Shown here in pieces: positions 1-8,635 of a DNA stretch of 64,000 nt (positions within the stretch are counted from its first letter, which is position 1; each line of letters begins with the position of its first letter). The notes under the pieces were generated by a model. That model was not told the origin of the DNA and made no database searches. It was given only the letters and a program-made list of their open reading frames with translations. The DNA is from Planctomycetota bacterium (GTDB taxonomy: Bacteria > Planctomycetota > UBA1135 > UBA2386), in the NCBI GenBank assembly GCA_965223545.1, contig OZ245006.1:1152001-1216000 (forward strand), read 5' to 3'. Made by a program: the position numbers and the translations under genes.

Positions 1-174
1 GACGCCGGACGAGTCGATGTAGCGCACGCCCTGCAGGTCGACGGCCACCGAAGCGCCGGCGCGCAGCGCGCCGCGGATCGCCTGCAGCAGCCGCGGCGAG
101 GCGTCGAGATCGACGTCTCCGCGCACCACCAAGCGCTGCTCGCCCGGGCCGGGCTCGACCTGCTCGAGCTCCAT
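1..174 (-). CDS. STAS-domain anti-sigma factor antagonist (RsbV/SpoIIAA-like), runs off window edge
   Basis: Manual translation of the minus strand from ATG at 174 gives MELEQVEPGPGEQRLVVRGDVDLDASPRLLQAIRGALRAGASVAVDLQGVRYIDSSGV, with the STAS 'V.YIDSSG' phospho-Ser motif. Start overlaps the upstream stop (TGATG). Confidence 0.9.
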   Translation of the reverse strand, partial: MELEQVEPGPGEQRLVVRGDVDLDASPRLLQAIRGALRAGASVAVDLQGVRYIDSSGV

Positions 175-584
175 CAAGATTCCTCGTGCTCCATGACCAA
201 CGCCAGCCCGCCCTCCGACTCCGGGTCCGGCTCGTAGCCGACGCGCTGCATGATCTGCGCGATGAACGACGTGCCGAGCCCGCCGGGGCGGACCTCGGCC
301 AGCGGCCGCGGCTTGATCTGGTCGACGTCCTTGGCCGCACAGAATCCGCCGATGCGACACACGGTCCGCTGCCCGTCGATGCGCAGCGAGACCCGCAGCT
401 GGCCGTCGTCGATGGAGGGACAGCGGTGCTTGACCACGTTGCTGCAGGCCTCGTCGAGGGCCAACACGATGCGCTCCGGCTCGGCGCGGCCCTCGGCGCG
501 CAGCACGTTCTCGAAGAAGGCCCGCAGACAGCGCAGGCTGGCCGGGGTGACAGGAGCGGAGGCCGCGTAGGTCCGGGCAGACAT
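174..584 (-). CDS. Anti-sigma factor / Ser kinase, RsbW-like HATPase_c
   Basis: 'LALDEACSNVVKH' N-box and 'RPGGLGTSFIAQIM' G-box; translationally coupled to the STAS gene. Confidence 0.88.
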   Translation of the reverse strand: MSARTYAASAPVTPASLRCLRAFFENVLRAEGRAEPERIVLALDEACSNVVKHRCPSIDDGQLRVSLRIDGQRTVCRIGGFCAAKDVDQIKPRPLAEVRPGGLGTSFIAQIMQRVGYEPDPESEGGLALVMEHEES

Positions 585-856
585 CGGCAGCCGGCCAGTA
601 TGGACCGCGCCGGGCCAAACTACAGCCCTCGTCCGGTTGGGGCCGCGCAGCGCGCCGCCGCGGTGCGACGGGAGCTGCGGGACCGAACCGGCAGAGGATG
701 CAGCCGCCGGCCGCCGCGGGCCGAAAGAACCTCTGGGCCGCCGGGTTTACGGCAATCCAACGGCGCGTACCGTCCATCCCGATCCAAACCCAGCAAGAGA
801 CCTGCGCCGAAGACGCCGCGGACGGCTCCCCCGGCTTGCAAACGCACACCTCGAAC

Positions 857-2125
857 ATGCCCGCGGCAGACCGACAGCCAGAGCCGAGCACCGCCGATCT
901 CGCCCTGTTCGGCGGTTCTCCGGCGTTCGCCGAGCCAGCCCACGTCGGCCGCCCCAACCTGCTGCACACCGAGCGCTTCGAGGAGCGGCTGCGCGGCGCG
1001 CTGGAACGCGGCTGGCTGACCAACCAAGGGCCCTTGGTCACGGAGTTCGAGCGCGCCCTCGCGGCGCGGCTCGACACCGCCGAGTGCGTCGCGGTGTGCA
1101 ACGCCACCATTGCGTTGGCTCTGCTGGTGCGCGGGCTCGACCTGAGCGGCGAAGTCATCCTGCCGGCGTTCACCTTCGTCGCCGGCCCCCACGCGCTGTG
1201 GTGGCAACGCATTCGGCCGGTGTTCTGCGACATCGATCCGCGCACGCACTGCCTGGACCCCGAGGCTGTCGAGGCACTGGTCACGCCGCAGACCAGCGGC
1301 ATCCTCGGCGTCCACGTGTGGGGCAACGCCTGCGATGTGCCGGCGCTGGCCGAGATCGCGGCGCGCCACGACCTCGCCCTCGTGTTCGACGCCGCCCACG
1401 CGCTCGGCTGCCGTGCCCACGGCCGCCCGATCGGCGGCTTCGGCCGCGCCGAGGTGTTCAGCCTGCACGCCACGAAGTGCGTGCACGCCTTCGAGGGCGG
1501 GGTCATCGCCACCGACGACCGCGAGCTCGCCGTGCGCCTGCGCCTGATGCAGAACTTCGGCTTCGCCGGCGAGGACCGCGTCGACTACATCGGCATCAAC
1601 GGCAAGATGAGCGAGGTGTCGGCGGCGATGGGATTGACGTCGCTGGAAAGCCTCGACGAGATCGTCGGCTGCAACCGCCGCAACCATGAGCTCTACGCCC
1701 GTGGACTTGGGGCGGTGCCCGGGGTCGAGTTGCGCCCGGCGCCGGCGGAGGACCACAACCACCACTACGTCGTCGCCGAGGTCGACGCCGGCCGGACCGG
1801 CTTGACGCGCGACGAGTTGGTCGCCGCGCTCAGACTGGAGAACGTCGTCGCCCGGCGTTACTTCACGCCGGGCTGTCACCGCATGGAGCCCTACCGCTCG
1901 CTGCTGCCCGCACCGCCAGGGCTGCCGGTCACCGAGGCGGTCTGCGAGCGAGTCCTCGTGCTGCCGACCGGTCTGGCGATGGGGCCCGATGACGTGCAGC
2001 GCCTGTGCGCGCGGCTGGCGCTGATCGTCGACCACGCCGCGGCAGTGCGCGCCCGCCTGGCCACCAGCGAAGACCCTCGGCTGCCCGACTTCTGGCGTGA
2101 CAGGCGGAAGGCGCGCCGTGGCTGA
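857..2125 (+). CDS. DegT/DnrJ/EryC1/StrS PLP sugar aminotransferase, DesI/VioA-like (NDP-4-keto-6-deoxyhexose 4-aminotransferase)
   Basis: 'DAAHA', 'FSLHATK' (PLP Lys), 'GINGKMSE', 'RRYFTPGCH'. N-terminal 'DLALFGGSPAF...VGRPN' resembles DesI as I recall it. ATG 857 preferred over the ORF-track start 698. Confidence 0.88.
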   Translation: MPAADRQPEPSTADLALFGGSPAFAEPAHVGRPNLLHTERFEERLRGALERGWLTNQGPLVTEFERALAARLDTAECVAVCNATIALALLVRGLDLSGEVILPAFTFVAGPHALWWQRIRPVFCDIDPRTHCLDPEAVEALVTPQTSGILGVHVWGNACDVPALAEIAARHDLALVFDAAHALGCRAHGRPIGGFGRAEVFSLHATKCVHAFEGGVIATDDRELAVRLRLMQNFGFAGEDRVDYIGINGKMSEVSAAMGLTSLESLDEIVGCNRRNHELYARGLGAVPGVELRPAPAEDHNHHYVVAEVDAGRTGLTRDELVAALRLENVVARRYFTPGCHRMEPYRSLLPAPPGLPVTEAVCERVLVLPTGLAMGPDDVQRLCARLALIVDHAAAVRARLATSEDPRLPDFWRDRRKARRG

Positions 2126-3002
2126 GCACCCGGGGCCCAGCCGTCGGATCGATCCGGCGCTACTGCCGACCGAGGCTCAGGTGGTCGAGTACGAGGCCCG
2201 CGGCTGGCACGTCGCGCCCCGGGTGTTCGACGACGCCGTGCTCGATGCGGTACGCGCCGCCATCGATCGCTACCACGCAGGTCGACGCGACCACACCCTG
2301 CCGCCGGCGGACTACGCCGACTGGCGGCCCGGCGATGGCGACGGCGTGCGCAACAACGAGTTCTTCTCGCTGCAGTGCGAGGCGGCCCGCGCGCTGTGCT
2401 GGAGCCCGGTGCTCGGCGCGATCGCGGCGCGGCTGGCGCGCACCGATTGCGTCCGCCTGTTCGACGACCAGTCGGTCTACAAGCCGCCGCGCGGCGGCAG
2501 CGACACGGGGACGGTCGGCTGGCACACCGACCACTCGTACTGGTCGACGTGCACATCGACGCGCATGCTCACCGCCTGGGTGCCGCTGCAGGACGCCGAC
2601 GCCGACAGCGGCACGCTGACGGTGATCGACGGCAGCCACCGGTGGCCGGAATCGGAGCACGTCCGCGACTTCAACAACCCCGACCTCGATCAGCTCGCCA
2701 GTCGGCTCGGGCGGCCGATCCCGCCCGGCGCGCGGCTGCCGCTGCAACTGCGGCGCGGCCAAGTGAGCTTTCATCACATGCGCCTGCTGCACGCCAGCGA
2801 CGTCAACCGCGGCCCCGAGCCCCGCTACGCCGTCGCCGTGCACCTGCAGGACGGCGACAACGGCTACCGCGCGTTCCACGCGGCCGGCGTGCGCATCGTG
2901 CTCCCCCACGACCGCCTGTGCCGGGCCATGCCAAGCGGTGAGCCCGACTACTCCGATCCGCGCGTGTTCCCGGTGCTCTGGCAGGAAGGGCGCAGTGGCT
3001 GA
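2118..3002 (+). CDS. PhyH-family Fe(II)/2-oxoglutarate dioxygenase
   Basis: 'KPP...GWHTD', 'TAWVPLQDA...GTL.VIDGSHRW', 'FHH..LLHAS..N...PR' (HxD...H triad). GTG start overlaps the previous gene end. Confidence 0.85.
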   Translation: MAEHPGPSRRIDPALLPTEAQVVEYEARGWHVAPRVFDDAVLDAVRAAIDRYHAGRRDHTLPPADYADWRPGDGDGVRNNEFFSLQCEAARALCWSPVLGAIAARLARTDCVRLFDDQSVYKPPRGGSDTGTVGWHTDHSYWSTCTSTRMLTAWVPLQDADADSGTLTVIDGSHRWPESEHVRDFNNPDLDQLASRLGRPIPPGARLPLQLRRGQVSFHHMRLLHASDVNRGPEPRYAVAVHLQDGDNGYRAFHAAGVRIVLPHDRLCRAMPSGEPDYSDPRVFPVLWQEGRSG

Positions 3003-4068
3003 CGTGCTCTTGCTGCGGCCCGACGACGCCGACTGGGACCGCTGGATCGGTCGGGCCCGGGCGGACTTCTACCACAGCGCGGCGTATCACCGCTTCTCCG
3101 AGCAAGCCGGCGAAGGCACGGCGCACCTCGCGGTCTACGGCACCGCCGAGCGGTTCGTCGCCTGGCCCTACCTGCGCGTCGAGATCGACGGCAGCGATTG
3201 CGCCGACGCGACCTCGGTCTACGGCTACACCGGCCCGGTCGTCGGCGGCTCGCACGACGATGCCTTCCGCCGCGAGGCCTTCGCCGCGCTGTGCTCCGCG
3301 TGGCGGGCGCAGGGCCTGGTGACGCTGTTCACCCGGCTGCACCCCTTGCTGCAGAACCGCGACTGGTGTCTCGATCTGCCGGGCGACGGCACACCCCAAG
3401 GCGCGTCGCTGATCGAGCTCGGCCGCACGGTGTCGATCGATGCCACACTGGACGCCGAGACTCGGATGAGTGGCTATCCCAAGCGGATGCGGCAGGAGCT
3501 GCGCCGGGCGGTCAAGGCCGGCCTCGAGGTCGAGGTAGACGACGAGTGGCAGCACTTCGACCGGTTCGTCGAGCTCTACGGCGCGACCATGGACAAGAAC
3601 CTCGCCGAGGGGCGCTATCGCTTCTCGCGCGAGTACCTCGCCGGGCTGCGCGCGGCGCTCGGCGCACACGCACACCTGGCGGTGGTGCACTGTGGCGACG
3701 CGATCGCCACGGCACTGCTGTTCGTCATCTACGACGACATCGCCCAGGCCCACCTGACCGGGGTCGACGAGCGCTTCCTGCCGCACTCGCCGCTCAAGCT
3801 GCTCCTGCACGAGCTGGCCGGTCTGTGCCACCGCCGCGGCGCAAAGGTCCTGCATCTCGGTGCCGGCCGCGGCGGAGCCGAGGACGCGTTGTTCGCCTTC
3901 AAGGCCCGCTTCTCCGACCGCCGCCACCCGTTCACCTTGGGCCGCTGGGTCCTGGATGCCGAGCGCTATGCCGCGCTGAGCGACGCCGCCGACGCGCGCG
4001 CCGGCCCGCCACTGCAGCCGCACTTCTTTCCGGCCTACCGCGCCCCCCGCGGCGTGTGCCGCCAATGA
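2995..4068 (+). CDS. GNAT/FemAB-like acyltransferase of polysaccharide loci
   Basis: 'SVYGYTGP', 'FTRLHPLL', 'LHLGAGRGGAEDALFAFKARFS' are typical of FemAB-like GNATs in glycan clusters. Confidence 0.8.
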   Translation: MADVLLLRPDDADWDRWIGRARADFYHSAAYHRFSEQAGEGTAHLAVYGTAERFVAWPYLRVEIDGSDCADATSVYGYTGPVVGGSHDDAFRREAFAALCSAWRAQGLVTLFTRLHPLLQNRDWCLDLPGDGTPQGASLIELGRTVSIDATLDAETRMSGYPKRMRQELRRAVKAGLEVEVDDEWQHFDRFVELYGATMDKNLAEGRYRFSREYLAGLRAALGAHAHLAVVHCGDAIATALLFVIYDDIAQAHLTGVDERFLPHSPLKLLLHELAGLCHRRGAKVLHLGAGRGGAEDALFAFKARFSDRRHPFTLGRWVLDAERYAALSDAADARAGPPLQPHFFPAYRAPRGVCRQ

Positions 4069-5345
4069 GCGAACCCGTCGCGGGCGACCCCGGCGGCGCG
4101 TCGGTTCGGGCCAACTTTCTGGCGCTGGCCGCGGGCCGCATCATCGCGGCGTTGGCGCAGTGGCTGGCGCTGATCGCGCTGACCAAGCTCGCCGACGTCG
4201 GCACGGTGGGCGCCTACGGCCTGGCGATGGCGATCTGCATCCCGATCACCGAGGTCGCGCGCATGGGCCTGCGCGAGGTGCGCGCCAGCGACGTGCAGCA
4301 CGAGTTCCGGTTCCGGGACTACATGGGAATGCGCGCCGCCGCCACCGCCATCGCGGTGCTGGCGATGGCCGCCACCGGCTGGGTGCTGGCCGACGACGCC
4401 ACCGGCTTCGCCGTGGTCTGCCTGTACGCTCTGTCGCGCGGGATCGAGCTGATCTCGGACATGATCTACGGCCTGTTCCAGCTGCAGGAGCGGCTCGATT
4501 TGGTCGGCCGCTCGCTGGCGCTGCAGGCGCCGCTCTCGCTCACTCTCCTCGCCGGCGGCTACGCCGCCACCGGCTCCCTGCAACTGGCAGTCGCCGGCCA
4601 AGTGCTCGCGCATCTGGTCGTGCTGCTCGGCTACGACGTCCGCGTCGCGCGGCAGCGCCTGCGCCACGAGCCCGCTGGCGACTCGCTGTGGCCGCGCTTC
4701 GACGCGGCGGTGCTGCGCCGCTTGGTCCGCCCAGCGGCGCCGCTGCTGCTCGCGTCGTTGTTGGCGATGACGGCGCTGCACTGGCCGCGCATCGCCGTCA
4801 AGCAGGAGCTCGGCGTGATCGCCCTGGGCTTTTTCTTGCCCCTGCTGCAGCCAGCCATGGCGCCCAGCCGCCTGGTGCACGCCCTCGGCGCGGCGGCGAC
4901 GGCGCGGCTGGCCCGCCTGCACGTCGGCGGCCAGCGCCGCGCTTTCGTCCGGCTGATCGCCTCGATGATGACGGCGGCCGGTGCCGTCGGCGCCATCGGC
5001 TTGCTGATTGCGTGGGCCGCGGGCGAGTGGGTCCTGACCCTGCTCTACCGGCAAGAGTACGCCGCGTACCAGACCGTGTTCGTCCTCGTCGTCGCCGGCG
5101 GCGCGCTGCGCTACGTCGCCGAGGCGCTGCAGTACGGGATGATCGCGGCCCGCGGCTTCTGGTGGCTGGCACTGCAGTACGGCAGCGCCGCGGTCGTCGC
5201 GGTCGTCGCCTGTGCGCTTCTGCTGCCGGAGCGCGGTCTCGAAGGCGCTGGCTGCGTCGTCCTGGCGGTGTCGGCGACCCAGCTGGCAGTCGTCGGCGGC
5301 GGCGTCCTCTGCCACCTGCCCCGAGCCGCGGAGGCCACGCCGTGA
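4065..5345 (+). CDS. Wzx-like oligosaccharide flippase (MOP family)
   Basis: Many hydrophobic segments; 'VGAYGLAMAI..PI', 'YGLFQ.QERLD'; ATG overlaps the previous stop. Confidence 0.82.
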   Translation: MSEPVAGDPGGASVRANFLALAAGRIIAALAQWLALIALTKLADVGTVGAYGLAMAICIPITEVARMGLREVRASDVQHEFRFRDYMGMRAAATAIAVLAMAATGWVLADDATGFAVVCLYALSRGIELISDMIYGLFQLQERLDLVGRSLALQAPLSLTLLAGGYAATGSLQLAVAGQVLAHLVVLLGYDVRVARQRLRHEPAGDSLWPRFDAAVLRRLVRPAAPLLLASLLAMTALHWPRIAVKQELGVIALGFFLPLLQPAMAPSRLVHALGAAATARLARLHVGGQRRAFVRLIASMMTAAGAVGAIGLLIAWAAGEWVLTLLYRQEYAAYQTVFVLVVAGGALRYVAEALQYGMIAARGFWWLALQYGSAAVVAVVACALLLPERGLEGAGCVVLAVSATQLAVVGGGVLCHLPRAAEATP

Positions 5346-6169
5346 AGCTCAGCGTCGCGGTGGTCACCTTCCAAGAGGTCGACTACGTGCGCCAAGCGGT
5401 GCTGTCGGCACTGCGGCAGAACACGACGTTCCCGTTCGAGGTCGTCGTGGGAGATGACGCCTCCACGGACGGTACGCGCGCCGTGCTCGAGGAGCTGCGG
5501 CGCGACTGGCCCGACCGCCTGCGGCTGGTGTTGGCAGAGCGCAATTACGGCGACTACGGCCTCACCAACTTCCTGCACGTGCTCACCGGTTGCCGCGGCG
5601 AGTACATCGCGCTGCTCGACGGCGACGACTACTGGACCGCCGCCGACAAGCTGCAGCAGCAGGTCGACTTCTTCGCCGCCCACCCCGAGTGCGCCGTCGT
5701 CGGCCACACCGTCGAGCACCGGCGGGACGACGGCTTCCGCGAGGTCTCGCGCCACCGCGACGGCACCGGGGTCTACGACGTCGGCGCGCTCTTGATCGAC
5801 AACTTCGCCCACAAGATCTCCTGCGTGCACCGCGCCGACAACATCGCGCAACTGCCCGAGTGGTTCCGCACGACCCGCGTCGCCTCCGCCGATTGGGTCT
5901 TCAACGTGCTCGGCGGCCGCTTCGGCAAGATCGGCTTCATCGACGAGGTCATGGGCATCCACCGCAAGCGCAAGCAGAGCCTGTCCACCGGCTACGGCAT
6001 GCCGCGCATGCTGGCCGACCGCCTGCTGGCGTTCGACCACCTGCGGCCACACTTCCCCGAGCACGGTGACGCGATCGCGAAGGCGGAGCGCCGGATCCGG
6101 TGGAAGATGCGCATCGCGCGGCTGGGTCCGCGCGCCTACGACCTGGCGAAGCGGCTGCGCGTAACCTGA
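5342..6169 (+). CDS. GT2 family glycosyltransferase
   Basis: 'SVAVVTFQEVDYV', 'VVGDDASTDGT', 'GEYIALLDGDDYW...KLQQQ' GT-A motifs; GTGA overlap. Confidence 0.9.
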   Translation: MKLSVAVVTFQEVDYVRQAVLSALRQNTTFPFEVVVGDDASTDGTRAVLEELRRDWPDRLRLVLAERNYGDYGLTNFLHVLTGCRGEYIALLDGDDYWTAADKLQQQVDFFAAHPECAVVGHTVEHRRDDGFREVSRHRDGTGVYDVGALLIDNFAHKISCVHRADNIAQLPEWFRTTRVASADWVFNVLGGRFGKIGFIDEVMGIHRKRKQSLSTGYGMPRMLADRLLAFDHLRPHFPEHGDAIAKAERRIRWKMRIARLGPRAYDLAKRLRVT

Positions 6170-6286
6170 GCGCGCGGCTTGGGCCAACGGCCGGAGCCGG
6201 GCGAGGCACGTCTGGATCGGATCAGCTCGCACCTGGAAGCCATCCGCAACCCGCCCGGGCCCGAGCTCGTGTTTGCAACGAATACC

Positions 6287-6754
6287 CTATGGCCTCATGT
6301 CAGCAGACACTGAGGCTGCCAGATTGGCCACTCTCCGCAATTCGGTGCGGGCAAGGTGAATCACAAGACGCCTGACTCCGAAACCCGACAAGCCAATACC
6401 CAAAGCAGTCATCAGAATGACAGGGAAGCTATCCCCTAGACCTACTCGCGCCACCCAGTCCGTCAACAACCAGAGCCCAGAGAAACACCCCATCCCCACA
6501 ATGACCACGGTTGCAATGCGCGCTGGCACTCTTGTGTGCCCGCGCACGACGACGTTCGACCCCTTCGAAAACCTCAAAGTGTCGAACCAGATAATCGCCG
6601 ATTGCGAGTTCTTCAGGTAAACACTGCGCTCCACAAAAACCAGCTCCTGGTCACTCGTGTTCAATCTCACGAAACCGTGCCGTTCGAGGAACTCCTCGAG
6701 GGTTTCAGCCGCTCGCTCGGCTCCCTCAGCGCACGTCGCTTCGAGCCACATCAA
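6287..6754 (-). CDS. Hypothetical membrane protein (two C-terminal TM helices), atypical base composition
   Basis: 155-aa ORF in a visibly AT-richer stretch; hydrophobic 'IATVVIVGMGCFSGLWLL' and 'FPVILMTALGIGLSGFGV'. Confidence 0.55.
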   Translation of the reverse strand: MMWLEATCAEGAERAAETLEEFLERHGFVRLNTSDQELVFVERSVYLKNSQSAIIWFDTLRFSKGSNVVVRGHTRVPARIATVVIVGMGCFSGLWLLTDWVARVGLGDSFPVILMTALGIGLSGFGVRRLVIHLARTELRRVANLAASVSADMRP

Positions 6755-6764
6755 TCTACATTGG

Positions 6765-6897
6765 GCTGGAGTTTCCCGAGAACCTCATAAACACAGTATC
6801 CGTTTCCGACACGTCTAAGATTGTCAAGAGTTACCACCATACACGATTCCTTGCACCTACACGAAACCAGCATTCCTGTTCAAACGGAAACTCCAGC
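6765..6897. repeat. Perfect 12-bp inverted repeat GCTGGAGTTTCC / GGAAACTCCAGC enclosing 109 bp of AT-richer DNA
   Basis: Arms at 6765-6776 and 6886-6897; pairing extends imperfectly inward (GAAC/GTTC). Confidence 0.8.
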
Positions 6898-6971
6898 GGG
6901 CAGGTAATCGGCGGCTCGATGACCCACGTCCTGCGCGCCAAGGCGGTCGGAGCGGCTTGGGGACGCGTTGA

Positions 6972-8594
6972 TCAACACGCGAAGCAAACGACCGTCACGT
7001 CATCGTGCGCCTCCCCGTCGCCGACGAACGCGTTCAGCGCATCGAGCACGGACCGGCCGACCGCTTCGGCGCCACCACCGGCCGCGGCGACCGCGGCGTT
7101 CAACCGTGCCTCGCCGAACTCCTCGTCGCCGGCACGCGCCTCGGTGATCCCGTCCGAGTAGAGAACCACGACCTCACCGACGGCGAGCTCCAGCGCGCCG
7201 GTGGTTCCGCGCAGCGCTGGCTCCCCGGCGACGTTGAGCGGCACTCCGGTGCGCTCCGCCCGCAGCGGTCGCACAGCACCGCTCGCGTCACGTAGCAGAG
7301 GCGGGGGGTGCCCGGCGTTGGCGAACGACAGGCGGTGGGTTCGAGGATCCAGCACCGCCAGGGCAAACGTCACGAACTGGCTCTCCGGCGAGCTCTCCAG
7401 CAGAGCATCGTCGATCAGCGCCAAGACCTCGGCCGGGTCGGCGGTCTGCCCCAAGGCGTGGCGCACGTCGGCCGAGAGGCGCGCCATCTGTAGCGCCGCC
7501 GGCAGCCCCTTGCCGGAGACGTCGGCCACGCCGACCGCCAGCTTGCCGTCGCGCCCGCCGACGAAGCAGTAGTAGTCGCCACCGACGGCCCGCGCCGGTT
7601 CGTAGTGGGCGAAGAACTCGAAGCCCGGCATCTCCGGCAGTCGCCGTGGCAACAGGCTGCGCTGCACTTCGTGCGCGTTCTGCAGGTCGCGCACCAGCCG
7701 CTCCTGCTCCAGCTGGGCGGCGTGGAGCTGTGCGTTCTGCACCGCGATACCGACCGCGTTGGCGACGCTGGCGAGCACGTCGAGACAATCACCGGTGAAC
7801 GGAGCGTGCGCCGCCTCGCTGTGCAGCTGGATCACGCCCAGCGCCTGGTCCCCGCTGCCGAGCAACGGCGCGCACATCAGCGAGCGGATCGGCAGCGCCA
7901 TGAGCGAATGCGAGCCGCCGAACTGCGCATCGGTGGCGGCATCCGTCGACAGCACCGCCTGACGGCCCTGCATCGCCCGCTCGATCACCGTGCGGCTGAC
8001 CTGCAGCCCACCGGTGGCGGCGCCGCGGCTGCGCGCCGCCGCCGGCCGAAGCGCGCCGCGCTCGTCGGCCAATACGATCACGCCCTGGTCGGCGTGCGGA
8101 TACAGCGCGAACACGTGGTCCAGCACCCGCGGCAGCAGCTGCTCGAGGTCGGCGCCCCGGCCGAGCTCCCGCGTCACCGCCAGCACCGCCTGGAGTGCGC
8201 GCTCGGCATCGACCCGACACGCGCTGCCACCGCGGACGTCGATCGTCGACACGATCTCGCCGCCGGCGGGCGCGTCGAGCAGGGTGACGTCCAGCCCCTC
8301 GCCGACTTCGGCACCGAAGCGCAGGCGTTGGTCGCAGACGACGATCAGATCGCCCGGCTGCAGCCGTGTCGCCCGGTCGATGCGCTTGCCGTTCAGCAGA
8401 GTGCCATTGCGGCTACCCAGGTCGTCGAGCCAGTAGTCCCCGTGCTCGCACGTCACCAGGGCGTGCTGGCGGGACACCGCGCTGGACGGCAGCTGGACGC
8501 CACACGAGGGATGCCGCCCCACCGTGACCGGCTCTCCGGCCAGCGTCACCCGCCGGCCGGCGGGGTCGTCGAGCAGATCGAGGTAGCAAGCCAT
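6972..8594 (-). CDS. FHA-GAF-PP2C (SpoIIE/RsbU-type) serine phosphatase
   Basis: FHA 'VGRH...VSRQHA...DLGSRNGT'; GAF 'IRSLMCAPLL...GVIQL'; PP2C 'VGGDYY', 'ADVSGKG', 'NAGHPPP', 'YSDGITEA', 'DDVTVV'. Confidence 0.92.
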   Translation of the reverse strand: MACYLDLLDDPAGRRVTLAGEPVTVGRHPSCGVQLPSSAVSRQHALVTCEHGDYWLDDLGSRNGTLLNGKRIDRATRLQPGDLIVVCDQRLRFGAEVGEGLDVTLLDAPAGGEIVSTIDVRGGSACRVDAERALQAVLAVTRELGRGADLEQLLPRVLDHVFALYPHADQGVIVLADERGALRPAAARSRGAATGGLQVSRTVIERAMQGRQAVLSTDAATDAQFGGSHSLMALPIRSLMCAPLLGSGDQALGVIQLHSEAAHAPFTGDCLDVLASVANAVGIAVQNAQLHAAQLEQERLVRDLQNAHEVQRSLLPRRLPEMPGFEFFAHYEPARAVGGDYYCFVGGRDGKLAVGVADVSGKGLPAALQMARLSADVRHALGQTADPAEVLALIDDALLESSPESQFVTFALAVLDPRTHRLSFANAGHPPPLLRDASGAVRPLRAERTGVPLNVAGEPALRGTTGALELAVGEVVVLYSDGITEARAGDEEFGEARLNAAVAAAGGGAEAVGRSVLDALNAFVGDGEAHDDVTVVCFAC

Positions 8595-8635
8595 GCCCGG
8601 CTCATGATCGCGGATCGGCGGGGCTGGCGCCACGC

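Larger units (their letters stand above)
6174..6961. repeat. 10-bp direct repeat GCGGCTTGGG (6174-6183 and 6952-6961) flanking a lower-GC islet
   Basis: Both copies read directly; each lies a few bases past the stop codon of one of the convergent flanking genes. Confidence 0.55.

Noticed and set aside
6765..6897. Retron msr-msd or integron attC interpretation of the inverted repeat
   Set aside because: No reverse transcriptase or integrase in the window and no clear attC core sites.
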